Shown: positions 1 through 7,798 of the stretch, one piece after another
Numbering within the stretch: position 1 is the stretch's first letter
Layout of the letters: each line of letters begins with the position of its first letter
Origin: a virus
Lineage: Duplodnaviria; Caudoviricetes
Length of the DNA: 64,000 bases
IMG/VR virus record: IMGVR_UViG_3300037067_026010
Location: 128,001 to 192,000 of that record
Strand: one strand, 5' to 3'
Position numbers and translations under genes: made by a program
Notes under the pieces: generated by a model
Seen by the model: only the letters and a program-made list of their open reading frames with translations
Database searches by the model: none
Told to the model about the DNA's origin: nothing

Positions 1-592
1 CGCTAAGCGTACTGCCGCTATTGAACGACGCCCCGGACAGATCCGCCGAGGCAAAATTCGCGCCGTCGAGTTTGGCGCCGTTAAAGCACGCATTTTGCAG
101 ATCGGCGTACTGAAACTGGGCACGGCAGGTGGCTGACGTAAAATCGGCGCCGCGCAGCTGGGCGAGGTCGAAATGCGTCCAACTGCAATGCGCTCCGCGG
201 AAGTTGGCCCGATTGAGCCTGGCTGTCGCAAAGTTGACGTGATGGCAATGCGTATAGGAGAAATCCGCCCTATAGCCGTCAGCTGCAGTAAAATTGCTAT
301 GGTCCAGCATCGCATCCCTGAGCTGGGCCCTCGAAAAGTTGGCCCCGGTGCAATCCGCTCCGTCCAGTACGGCTTCTGCCATATTCGCCGAACGAAAATC
401 CGTTCCGACGAGATCGGCGTAAGACAGCTCGATTTTTCGTAAATCGGCCTTCGGTAGGTTGCGATGGCGGAGTACGACATCCTCGTGCACCGTCCCTGCG
501 GCGGCAACCTCCTCCAAAGCTTTCCGCAGTCCGCCCGTATACTCGAATAACAGCTTACCGTTGCGATTATGAATTTGCGATATTTTAGACAT
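1..592 (-). CDS. Pentapeptide repeat protein (runs off window start)
   Basis: Manual translation from ATG at 592: MSKISQIHNRNGKLLFEY...ADLRK IELSY ADLVG TDFRS ANMAE AVLDG ADCTG ANFSR AQLRD..., tandem A(D/N)(L/F)xx repeats; AAAGGAAG upstream. Absent from ORF track because it lacks a stop in the window. Confidence 0.92.
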   Translation of the reverse strand, partial: MSKISQIHNRNGKLLFEYTGGLRKALEEVAAAGTVHEDVVLRHRNLPKADLRKIELSYADLVGTDFRSANMAEAVLDGADCTGANFSRAQLRDAMLDHSNFTAADGYRADFSYTHCHHVNFATARLNRANFRGAHCSWTHFDLAQLRGADFTSATCRAQFQYADLQNACFNGAKLDGANFASADLSGASFNSGSTLS

Positions 593-633
593 TTCATGCT
601 TCCTTTCGTATATAATGCCAAGAAAAAATGGGT

Positions 634-894
634 TTATTGCAAGATTTGCTGGGCTGCTTGCTGCTGGACGAGCCACTGTAGTTGCCCCCTAAGCTGCAGA
701 GTGACTTGCCAACAGACTCGCTGCCAGATTTGCTGGTCAAGTTGTTGGTGGATTTGCCGGTTGATTTGCCGGCTGATTTGTTGCTTGAAGTTGCACGGGT
801 CTTGGTAACCGATGTAATCATTGACTTGCTGCACTATTTGCTGCCGGCGTTGCCGGGCAAGTTGCCGCGGGCTTCGTGGTCTTCTTGCCTTCAT
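634..894 (-). CDS. Q-rich array protein 18 (last)
   Basis: 86 aa, QQI/RQI repeats, ATGA coupling. Confidence 0.8.
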   Translation of the reverse strand: MKARRPRSPRQLARQRRQQIVQQVNDYIGYQDPCNFKQQISRQINRQIHQQLDQQIWQRVCWQVTLQLRGQLQWLVQQQAAQQILQ

Positions 895-1124
895 GGTTTG
901 CCCTTCACGGTAAACACAGTCTGCTGCTCGATTGGATTTGCAATTCGCCTGAAGAGTTCAGGTACGATGCTCCAGCCGACGTGATCTGCAATTTCCGGAC
1001 TGACCTGCCGCTCGATTTGCGCCGAGATGTGTACGCTAATCGGTACCGCGACGTGCCAAAATTGCTGCATCGTTTGCCGGCGGAGTTGCTTCTTGAACCG
1101 ACGCTTTTGGCTTTTTGTCTTCAT
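891..1124 (-). CDS. Q-rich array protein 17
   Basis: 77 aa, ends FTVKGKP. Confidence 0.85.
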   Translation of the reverse strand: MKTKSQKRRFKKQLRRQTMQQFWHVAVPISVHISAQIERQVSPEIADHVGWSIVPELFRRIANPIEQQTVFTVKGKP

Positions 1125-1339
1125 AACTCGCCCTCCACGGTAAGGTCGGCTTGCCGTTGAATCCGCCGTGCCGTTTGCACCCCAATTTGCTGGTCAATTC
1201 GCTGATGGATTTGCTGCCGAACTGTCTCTCCGACTTGCTGTGCGACCGGCTGCCGGATCTGTCGCCAGAGCGGCGTATCGGTTAGTGGCCAGGCTTGCTG
1301 CTGCGCGAGCCGCCGGCGCCTCGCATTTTTTGTCTTCAT
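1121..1339 (-). CDS. Q-rich array protein 16
   Basis: 72 aa, ends LTVEGEL. Confidence 0.85.
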   Translation of the reverse strand: MKTKNARRRRLAQQQAWPLTDTPLWRQIRQPVAQQVGETVRQQIHQRIDQQIGVQTARRIQRQADLTVEGEL

Positions 1340-1542
1340 GCCTTTACCTCCAAGGTAAGTGCGGCTTGCTGCCGGAGCAGCGACTCAAACTGCTGCCGGA
1401 ACTGCTCGATTTGCGGATGCATTTGCTCGATATGCTGCCGGATTTGTCGCCAGACCTGCGGATCGACTGGTGGCCCGGCGTACGGCAACATTTGCTGTAT
1501 GGCCTGCATGACTTGCCGGTCCATTAAATCTACTGTCTTCAT
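1336..1542 (-). CDS. Q-rich array protein 15
   Basis: 68 aa, ends LTLEVKA. Confidence 0.85.
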   Translation of the reverse strand: MKTVDLMDRQVMQAIQQMLPYAGPPVDPQVWRQIRQHIEQMHPQIEQFRQQFESLLRQQAALTLEVKA

Positions 1543-1742
1543 GATTTAGCCGCCGTGATGCGCCAGGCCTGTTGCCGGACTTCCTGGTAGATTGACCCCA
1601 GGCATTGCTGTTCGATTTGCTGCAGAACCTGCTGCTCAACTCGCAGTTCAGCTGGTGGGCTGACTTGCTGCTCTACTTGCTGCCAGAGTTGCTGCCCGTA
1701 TTGCCGGCCACGTAGCTGCCGAGTTAAATCTGTCGTCGTCAT
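1539..1742 (-). CDS. Q-rich array protein 14
   Basis: 67 aa, ends ITAAKS. Confidence 0.85.
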   Translation of the reverse strand: MTTTDLTRQLRGRQYGQQLWQQVEQQVSPPAELRVEQQVLQQIEQQCLGSIYQEVRQQAWRITAAKS

Positions 1743-1936
1743 TACCTATCCTCCACGGTAAGTTCCCCTTGGCAGCAAAGGTGCTCAGCAATTTGCCAAT
1801 GGGCTCGCTCCAACGGTATCTGGATATGCCGCCACACCCGCTGCCCGAGGTCCCGGTCGACTTGCTGACGGACTTGCAGGCCGGCGTGCTCCACCAGCCG
1901 CTGCAGTTGCCACTCTATTTCAGCTTTTGTTTTCAT
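1742..1936 (-). CDS. Q-rich array protein 13
   Basis: 64 aa, ends LTVEDR. Confidence 0.85.
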   Translation of the reverse strand: MKTKAEIEWQLQRLVEHAGLQVRQQVDRDLGQRVWRHIQIPLERAHWQIAEHLCCQGELTVEDR

Positions 1937-2166
1937 AACTTGTCCTCCACGTTAAACTGGGCTTGCTGATAGACTTGCCACGCAACTCGTCGCCAAACGT
2001 GTTGCTCGGCTTGCCGTTGGAGGTGCTGCCATGCCCGTTGCCTAATTGCCGTATCGACCTGCTGCCGAACTTGCAAATTGATACACTGCTCGAGATTCCC
2101 AAGCTCCGCCAGCTGCGGCAGTTGCACAGTCTGCCCGTTTGGCGGCTGTAGTTGTCTTGCTTTCAT
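1933..2166 (-). CDS. Q-rich array protein 12
   Basis: 77 aa MKARQL...FNVEDKL; start reassigned to the ATGA overlap. Confidence 0.85.
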   Translation of the reverse strand: MKARQLQPPNGQTVQLPQLAELGNLEQCINLQVRQQVDTAIRQRAWQHLQRQAEQHVWRRVAWQVYQQAQFNVEDKL

Positions 2167-2387
2167 AAACGGTACTCCACGGTAAGCTCGGCCTGACGCT
2201 GTACGGGTCCCCGGATTTGCTGGATTTGCTGCAAGATATTCTGCTCGATGTGCAACTGCACTTGGGGTTGGTCGAGCACAGTCCTGATGAATGTTTCGGA
2301 CAAGTGAATGGCGGGCGTTATGGTCTGGGCAAGATCCCAATGCAGGGCCTGTTGAAGTTGCCAATGCCTATCAGCTTTTATTTGCAT
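2163..2387 (-). CDS. Q-rich array protein 11
   Basis: 74 aa MQIKAD...LTVEYRL. Confidence 0.85.
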   Translation of the reverse strand: MQIKADRHWQLQQALHWDLAQTITPAIHLSETFIRTVLDQPQVQLHIEQNILQQIQQIRGPVQRQAELTVEYRL

Positions 2388-2602
2388 AACGTGTCCTCCA
2401 CGACAAGGCCGGCTTGCTGCTGCACAGGGCGTCGGAACGGCCACCGGAGCAGCCAGGTCTGCGGCGCGACCTGCTGCTCGATCTGGTCTTGAACGTGCCC
2501 TGCCACTCGCCGATCGGCCGCACGCCCGACCTGCCCCAGCAACCCTTGCACCATCCCCCAGGGTTGCAGAATTTGCTGTACAGGGGTATTCGCTATCTTC
2601 AT
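2378..2602 (-). CDS. Q-rich array protein 10
   Basis: 74 aa MKIANT...LVVEDTLCK. Confidence 0.85.
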   Translation of the reverse strand: MKIANTPVQQILQPWGMVQGLLGQVGRAADRRVAGHVQDQIEQQVAPQTWLLRWPFRRPVQQQAGLVVEDTLCK

Positions 2603-2826
2603 GATTTGCCCTCCAGAACGCGCTGTGTTTGTTGCAGGATGGGTTGTCGGAGGTCCCGCATAGCTTGCCAGTCGAACTGCTGGGCAATCTGGCGCTGGAC
2701 CTGCTGCTGAACCTGTTGCTCGGCACGAGCAGCCGGGTCCCAAATTTGCTGACTGATGGGCAGTTCGACCTGCTGCCAGACTTGTTGCGCGATTCGCCGG
2801 GCAACGTGGCGTGCTACTGGCTTCAT
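2599..2826 (-). CDS. Q-rich array protein 9
   Basis: 75 aa MKPVAR...VLEGKS. Confidence 0.85.
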   Translation of the reverse strand: MKPVARHVARRIAQQVWQQVELPISQQIWDPAARAEQQVQQQVQRQIAQQFDWQAMRDLRQPILQQTQRVLEGKS

Positions 2827-3044
2827 AGCTTGTCCTCCACGGTAAGTTTGACTTGCTGGCAGACCTGCCACGAGGCTTGCCGCCATACCGGCGGCACGAC
2901 ATGCGGGGAGGATCGCGCACGATCCCGGACTAGGACGTGTTGTATCATCTGCTCGTCCATGTATTCGCCCCCCAGCGGTTGTGCCAGGACACGTTCCCAA
3001 ATCTGCTGACATACCTGCTCCCAGATCTGCTCAGCTGTCGTCAT
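2823..3044 (-). CDS. Q-rich array protein 8
   Basis: 73 aa, ends LTVEDKL. Confidence 0.85.
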   Translation of the reverse strand: MTTAEQIWEQVCQQIWERVLAQPLGGEYMDEQMIQHVLVRDRARSSPHVVPPVWRQASWQVCQQVKLTVEDKL

Positions 3045-3271
3045 GGCTTGCCCTCCGTGGTGAGTATAATTTGCGGTTGGACGACCGGCTTAATCCGCCG
3101 GGCAATCTGCCGTTCGTATAGCTGCACAGCGATGTGCGTGCGCAACGTCGCCTGGACTTGTTGCTCCACTGGATGGTACGTACGGCACCCAACCTGCTCA
3201 AACACTTGTGCCTGGGTATACTCCCAGATTTGCTCCCATATCCGTTGCTCAAGCCCCTCTGCCGTCTTCAT
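3041..3271 (-). CDS. Q-rich array protein 7
   Basis: 76 aa MKTAEG...LTTEGKP. Confidence 0.85.
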   Translation of the reverse strand: MKTAEGLEQRIWEQIWEYTQAQVFEQVGCRTYHPVEQQVQATLRTHIAVQLYERQIARRIKPVVQPQIILTTEGKP

Positions 3272-3495
3272 GGCTTGTCCCCCACGATAAGTGTAATGTG
3301 CTCGTGCATCGCCGCCCGGATTTGTTGTACCGCTCGCAGGGTAGCTTGGTTCCTGACCTGCCACAGCACTTGTGCCGGGAGCTGCTTACAGATCTGCCTC
3401 CAGATTGGATCCCAGATCTGCGGCGTGATCCGCAGCGAGCCGTGTTCCCAGGTTTGCTTCAGTATCTGCTGCTTGCGTATCTTTGTTGGCTTCAT
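3268..3495 (-). CDS. Q-rich array protein 6
   Basis: 75 aa, ends LIVGDKP. Confidence 0.85.
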   Translation of the reverse strand: MKPTKIRKQQILKQTWEHGSLRITPQIWDPIWRQICKQLPAQVLWQVRNQATLRAVQQIRAAMHEHITLIVGDKP

Positions 3496-3701
3496 GGCTT
3501 GTCCTCCACGGTAAGTTCAACTTGCAGACGGAGTGGCAGTTGGTATAGCCGCTTCACTTGCGCGTTAATCGGCCAACAGGTTTGCTGCAGGATTTGTACC
3601 CGGACCCGCTGATGCACTTGTAGCTCGTCCGCCGGCTTGATCGGTATCCTAAAGTCCCGCCAGGTTTGCCAGATCTGCTGCCGGAGCTGATCTTTTGTCA
3701 T
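3492..3701 (-). CDS. Q-rich array protein 5
   Basis: 69 aa MTKDQL...LTVEDKP. Confidence 0.85.
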   Translation of the reverse strand: MTKDQLRQQIWQTWRDFRIPIKPADELQVHQRVRVQILQQTCWPINAQVKRLYQLPLRLQVELTVEDKP

Positions 3702-3916
3702 GATTTATCCTCCACGGCAAGCTGGCTTTGTCGTTCGGTGTGCTGCATGAATTCCCGCATAACTTGCCACCAGTTTGGCCATTCGACCTGCCGTAGGGCC
3801 TGCCCGCGAATTGCCTGGTTAACTTGTTGCTCGATGGACCCCGAACACTGCTCCCAGATCCGCTGACAGATCTGCGGCTCAACCTGCAGCTGCTGTTGGA
3901 GCTGATCTTTTGTCAT
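3698..3916 (-). CDS. Q-rich array protein 4
   Basis: 72 aa MTKDQL...LAVEDKS. Confidence 0.85.
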   Translation of the reverse strand: MTKDQLQQQLQVEPQICQRIWEQCSGSIEQQVNQAIRGQALRQVEWPNWWQVMREFMQHTERQSQLAVEDKS

Positions 3917-4152
3917 CCCTTGTCCTCCGCAGTAAGCCTGGCTTGCTGCCGGACGGGTGCCCGGATTTGCCCTGTAATTTGCCACCAGATCAGCGACTCG
4001 ATTTGCTCATAGATTTGCTCCCGCACCTGCTCCGGGACTTGCTGGTGCACTTGCCAGGCGGGTTGCCGCCCGATCTGCATCACCAGTTGCCTCTCAACAT
4101 GACCCCAGGCCTGCTGCCGTATTTCCCACTCAATGTGTCTTGTTGTCCTCAT
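3913..4152 (-). CDS. Q-rich array protein 3
   Basis: 79 aa MRTTRH...LTAEDKG. Confidence 0.85.
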   Translation of the reverse strand: MRTTRHIEWEIRQQAWGHVERQLVMQIGRQPAWQVHQQVPEQVREQIYEQIESLIWWQITGQIRAPVRQQARLTAEDKG

Positions 4153-4355
4153 GGTTTGCCCTCCACGGCAAGCTGGCTTTGTTGCTCGATGTGCTGCTGT
4201 AATTCCCGCATAGATCGCCACCAGATTGGCCGTTCGATCTGCCCTAGGATCTGCTGGCGGGTTGTATAGTCAACTTGTTTCTTGACGGACCCACCGGCCT
4301 GCTCCAGTAGTTGCCATTCGAGTATTTGCCATTCAAGTGTCTCTACTGGCGTCAT
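4149..4355 (-). CDS. Q-rich array protein 2
   Basis: 68 aa MTPVET...LAVEGKP. Confidence 0.85.
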   Translation of the reverse strand: MTPVETLEWQILEWQLLEQAGGSVKKQVDYTTRQQILGQIERPIWWRSMRELQQHIEQQSQLAVEGKP

Positions 4356-4582
4356 CACTTGCCCTCCACCGTAAGCCTGGCTTGCTGCTGGACGGGTGAT
4401 CGAATTTGCCCTGCAATTTGTCCCCAGACCGACAGAGCGATTTGCGCATCGATTTGCTCCAGCACCTGCTCCTGGACTCGTTGGTGCGCTTGTTGCCGCC
4501 CGATCTGCACCGCCAGTTGTATTGCCTCGCAAGGCTGCGCACAGCACTGTGCGTATATGCCCAACCATCGACCTGTCTTCAT
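4355..4582 (-). CDS. Q-rich array protein 1 (first)
   Basis: 75 aa, ends LTVEGK; GGAGG SD upstream. Confidence 0.85.
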   Translation of the reverse strand: MKTGRWLGIYAQCCAQPCEAIQLAVQIGRQQAHQRVQEQVLEQIDAQIALSVWGQIAGQIRSPVQQQARLTVEGK

Positions 4583-4617
4583 AATTCGCCCTCCGCAGTA
4601 ATCCCTGGTTTGCAGCC

Positions 4618-4623
4618 ATTATA
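4618..4623 (-). promoter_or_regulatory. Candidate -10 box (TATAAT) upstream of Q-rich array
   Basis: Perfect TATAAT ~36 nt upstream of the first ATG; no good -35. Confidence 0.45.
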
Positions 4624-4656
4624 CCCAGCATTTTGCCTACGAAACTGCTGATTTGG

Positions 4657-4672
4657 CGGTGCTTAATTACCG
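4657..4672. promoter_or_regulatory. 16-bp quasi-palindromic motif, copy 1
   Basis: CGGTGCTTAATTACCG, intergenic. Confidence 0.75.
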
Positions 4673-4707
4673 CAATCCCGCTGTATTTGGCTAAGAGATA
4701 TCGTGGC

Positions 4708-5589
4708 TTAAACCACGTTGTTTTTTACGCCAAAAGATGCGTTTCCGTTGATATTTCCGGTCGTAGAAATGCCGCCGTAAGACTGAATAGGATGCTGATT
4801 CGGCGATTGATTTGCCTTCCCAGTCGGACCAGGAGCCATCGTCGTACTCGCTGCCAGAACCGCAGGCTGTGGCCTACGAGCCAGCAGGTCCATAACACTC
4901 GCTGTATCAGCTCCTACAGCCGACCCTCCCGGCTGCGGCGCCATAGGGCTCGCCACACCGCCTAATCCGGCTGTAGCAGGCGCTACGGCTCCTAAGCCAG
5001 ACGGCTGCGCTGTATTAGGTAATACAGCCGCCTTCTTTGCTGTATCAGCTGCTACAGCCGTACAAGGAGCTACAGCCATATGCCGCTGTACGGCTGCTGC
5101 CAGCAACTGCGCAGCCTTGATTGCTTGTAAATCAAACGGATCGGAGACAGGAGCTGCTGTAGGTGTTGATGTGCCACAGAGCATGGCGCCATCCTCGATA
5201 TTTGCGTATCCTGCCTCTTTTAACAATCGATAGGGTACGTAATCGTCCAGAACCGACGCCGACTTGGGATGCACGGGGATTCGCAGAAGTTGCAAGAGCT
5301 GCTCTGCGGGGTTTTTCGTTATTTTCGCGGCAGCTTGCTTGGAAAACCCGGAGTTGCCGTAACGAAGCAAGTCAAAAGGGCACAAGGCGGCCGTCGGCTT
5401 CGTGCCGGATGCCTGATCGCAATGCGTAAGTGGTAAAACTGTCGGCATGTCGACCGCTTGTGCCTTTTGTTTTCTGGGTCTTCGGAGTAGGAACGCTCTT
5501 TTGAGGTATTCTTGCTTCGTGATGACGCTGCGCCGGTAAGCACATGCATTATCCAGGGGCAAACCGGAAAGGGCGTTCCAGCTTTTCAC
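4708..5589 (-). CDS. Hypothetical protein with Ala/Pro/Gly-rich C-terminus (possibly virion-associated)
   Basis: 293 aa ORF; repeated K-x-A motifs (KQAA, KSAS, KEAG, KKAA). Confidence 0.6.
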   Translation of the reverse strand: MKSWNALSGLPLDNACAYRRSVITKQEYLKRAFLLRRPRKQKAQAVDMPTVLPLTHCDQASGTKPTAALCPFDLLRYGNSGFSKQAAAKITKNPAEQLLQLLRIPVHPKSASVLDDYVPYRLLKEAGYANIEDGAMLCGTSTPTAAPVSDPFDLQAIKAAQLLAAAVQRHMAVAPCTAVAADTAKKAAVLPNTAQPSGLGAVAPATAGLGGVASPMAPQPGGSAVGADTASVMDLLARRPQPAVLAASTTMAPGPTGKANQSPNQHPIQSYGGISTTGNINGNASFGVKNNVV

Positions 5590-5855
5590 AGTATGGCGAT
5601 CGGTTCCGCCTGCGTCAAGGCAGGCACTCGAATAGAGCGCGGATAGTACTGGGGCGGTTGGGTAGGTGGCTGGGGCCGAGGCGGGCTTCGGCAGTGATGC
5701 CGGATGGGCTGCGGCAGTGGGTGGGGTATAGTTCGCCGTTTTCTTTAGCTATGGCGCTTTTGCCTGTTTTTACGCGAACTACGAGGGGAGATTGACGCTC
5801 TACTCCTATAGGCTGGCCGTACCACTCTGCGGGCAGTCGCCCTGGCAGGTGGGTA

Positions 5856-5884
5856 TTTACAACCATGCCACCTTAGGGTATAGT
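5856..5884 (+). promoter_or_regulatory. Sigma70-like promoter
   Basis: TTTACA-17 nt-TATAGT upstream of the + strand gene at 6024. Confidence 0.6.
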
Positions 5885-5888
5885 TACA

Positions 5889-6000
5889 GGGAGAGGCAAG
5901 CGTGCTACGGCGGTTATCGACCCCTACGAGGCCCTACAGCGCGTCGATTCTCCGTCAGAACGCTTTCGGGGCCTTAGCATGGCCCATGACGATTGCCTCC
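5889..6000 (+). ncRNA. Candidate structured leader or small RNA
   Basis: Complementary pairs GAGGCAA/TTGCCTC, AAGCGT/ACGCTT, ATCGAC/GTCGAT, GGGCC/GGCCC just downstream of the promoter. Confidence 0.4.
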
Positions 6001-6023
6001 TACGATAAGGAAGGAGGGTTATT

Positions 6024-6236
6024 ATGCAAAGCCAAATGCTCGTGGAAGACCTGATCCGACACCTCCAGCAGCACCACCCGAAGTGCCCCGTCGTCATTGA
6101 AGGCGAGGCGACCTGCAGGCCGCAGTTCATCCTGGCCGGCACGGAGCAGGTATACGTCGGACCAGTTCCCACCGATCTGTCCAATCCCGAATACTTCCGA
6201 GAGGTGGATGTCGTGCGCATCGTCCCCGGTAATTAA
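6024..6236 (+). CDS. Hypothetical protein
   Basis: 70 aa, strong AAGGAGG SD. Confidence 0.8.
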   Translation: MQSQMLVEDLIRHLQQHHPKCPVVIEGEATCRPQFILAGTEQVYVGPVPTDLSNPEYFREVDVVRIVPGN

Positions 6237-6242
6237 GCACCG
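6227..6242. promoter_or_regulatory. 16-bp motif, copy 2
   Basis: CGGTAATTAAGCACCG overlapping the stop of 6024..6236. Confidence 0.75.
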
Positions 6243-6281
6243 CGGCATGCGCTTACATACCACTCTGCCGGGGAGTGCCGG

Positions 6282-6602
6282 CTAAACAGGCTGGCCTCCC
6301 CGAATGAGGGCGCTATTCTTCGCGGAAACCCGGCCCCGAGGTATGTGCTGGATGTACAACCGCGCCCCGTAAATATTCCGCCATGCCGCCACCGTTCGGC
6401 AGAGGACGCGAAACGACGCGAACTCGACCAGGAAGGTTTCGCCGTCCTGGAACTGCAGCCGCAGTCTGCCCCCTCCGTTCGCCATTCGCGAAAGGAAAAC
6501 GTTCCGGCAATTATGCTTGCCGGCGTAAGCGCGCACGCCGCGCAAGTTCCTCGATCGGGACACCACCTTTCCGGCAGCATCGCGTATCTGCAAAGACTTC
6601 AT
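6282..6602 (-). CDS. Hypothetical protein
   Basis: 106 aa, AAGGAG SD. Confidence 0.75.
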   Translation of the reverse strand: MKSLQIRDAAGKVVSRSRNLRGVRAYAGKHNCRNVFLSRMANGGGRLRLQFQDGETFLVEFASFRVLCRTVAAWRNIYGARLYIQHIPRGRVSAKNSALIRGGQPV

Positions 6603-6617
6603 GGTCGCTCCTTTCTT

Positions 6618-7691
6618 TTAAGTTCCAAGACTTGCCGCCTCCTGCTTGATACGCTCTTGAATGCACCAGGCGACCGCCGCGCACACCCGCTCCTCGTCAT
6701 TGCGAAAACCTCGATAAAACCGCGTCTCCTCGTTCCCGAAGCGCGGCAGGACGCGGTGAACTTGCGCCGAGCCGCCGCCCGTGCGCAGGATCAGGTAACA
6801 CCTGAACGACACCCCGCCGCGCTTTTCGTAATCGCCGGCATAGCTGCGTTTGCCGTAAGAACAAAAATCGCGCATAGTCAACAGCATCGCCCGCCATCCG
6901 GCGCTGATTTGCACGGAATGCACCACGCTGCCCGTCAGCTTATGGTTCTTGCCGGGCCTTCCGGAAAAATCGCAATGCGCATGAAAAAAGGGTGTAGTCT
7001 CCGGGAGATTGACCCTGCCTACCACGCGAAGGAGGCACTTTACCGCGCCGTCGCTGTCCGGGTGTTCTTCCCCGATCTTGCCGAGCCGGCGCAGCGTGCC
7101 GTCCTTCCAGGCCTTGCGCGTCGGCGCGATGCCCAGCTTGCCGGAACGGATGCGCTTGAGCAGAGCCTCTTCCTTCTCGGCAACGCGTTGCTCGGCGAGG
7201 TGCCGCGCCATTTCGAGAAACCGGCCCGGTTCGCCGCGCCGCGCCTTCTCGGCCATGCCGCGATTCGACCGGCGTATATGCCGCTGCCGGAGTATTTCCA
7301 GGGCCTCCTTGACGGCACGGCGCTCGGCGAAGTCCGTTTCGTAGTATTTTGCGCACTGCCCGAGTTTTTGCCAGGCCCGCCTGCGCTCCGGCGCAAAAGC
7401 GAGTAATTCCCGCGCCGTCGTTTTGGCCTTCAGGCGTTCGCGCATCGGCATAATCAGCGCGGCTTCGATCTCCCGATGCCGGCGGGCGTCCGACCGCTGC
7501 AACAACTCGCATGCGGCAACCGCTTCGGCCTGCCTGACGAGCGCGTCATAATCTTCGAAATCTCTCCAGCGGTACGAGCACCGATAAAAGACGCTGGCCG
7601 ACGAGCCTTCCAAGTACGCCTGTATGCCCGCATCGGAGCTTCTTAGGACGATCGTACCTAAAGCACACGGTTCATGAATTTCCACGCTCAT
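6618..7691 (-). CDS. Hypothetical protein
   Basis: 357 aa from MSVEIH, AAGGAG SD. Confidence 0.75.
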   Translation of the reverse strand: MSVEIHEPCALGTIVLRSSDAGIQAYLEGSSASVFYRCSYRWRDFEDYDALVRQAEAVAACELLQRSDARRHREIEAALIMPMRERLKAKTTARELLAFAPERRRAWQKLGQCAKYYETDFAERRAVKEALEILRQRHIRRSNRGMAEKARRGEPGRFLEMARHLAEQRVAEKEEALLKRIRSGKLGIAPTRKAWKDGTLRRLGKIGEEHPDSDGAVKCLLRVVGRVNLPETTPFFHAHCDFSGRPGKNHKLTGSVVHSVQISAGWRAMLLTMRDFCSYGKRSYAGDYEKRGGVSFRCYLILRTGGGSAQVHRVLPRFGNEETRFYRGFRNDEERVCAAVAWCIQERIKQEAASLGT

Positions 7692-7798
7692 GCGATTCTC
7701 CTTTCCTGATTTCCCGCGCCGTCTCGAATGCCCTTGTCTACGCGCTAGCCGCCTTGTTATCATTGAGTCGGTATCGCCGACTATTCAGGAGACCATTT

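Larger units (their letters stand above)
634..4602 (-). repeat. Tandem array of 18 diverged small Q/W-rich genes with a conserved ~24-nt junction (consensus CTTACCGTGGAGGRCAARYYATGA)
   Basis: Junction motif recurs every ~190-240 nt (near 891, 1121, 1336, 1539, 1740, 1933, 2163, 2384, 2599, 2823, 3041, 3268, 3492, 3698, 3913, 4149, 4352, 4579). Confidence 0.93.

Noticed and set aside
634-4602. CRISPR array
   Set aside because: Period ~220 nt, repeats are degenerate, and the intervening sequences are homologous open ORFs with SD and ATG
1933-4631. Longer ORF-track versions of array genes (143, 213, 180, 137, 160 aa)
   Set aside because: Extensions are off-frame read-through of the upstream unit; true starts lie at the SD/ATG junctions
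4657-4672. 16-bp motif as a dif/Xer site
   Set aside because: Shares only GGTGC and TTAA; lacks the 28-bp 11-6-11 layout and is multicopy
5615-5866. 83-aa ORF and G-rich GGY-dense tract on its opposite strand
   Set aside because: No clear SD or family motif, and the GGY spacing is irregular; left uncalled
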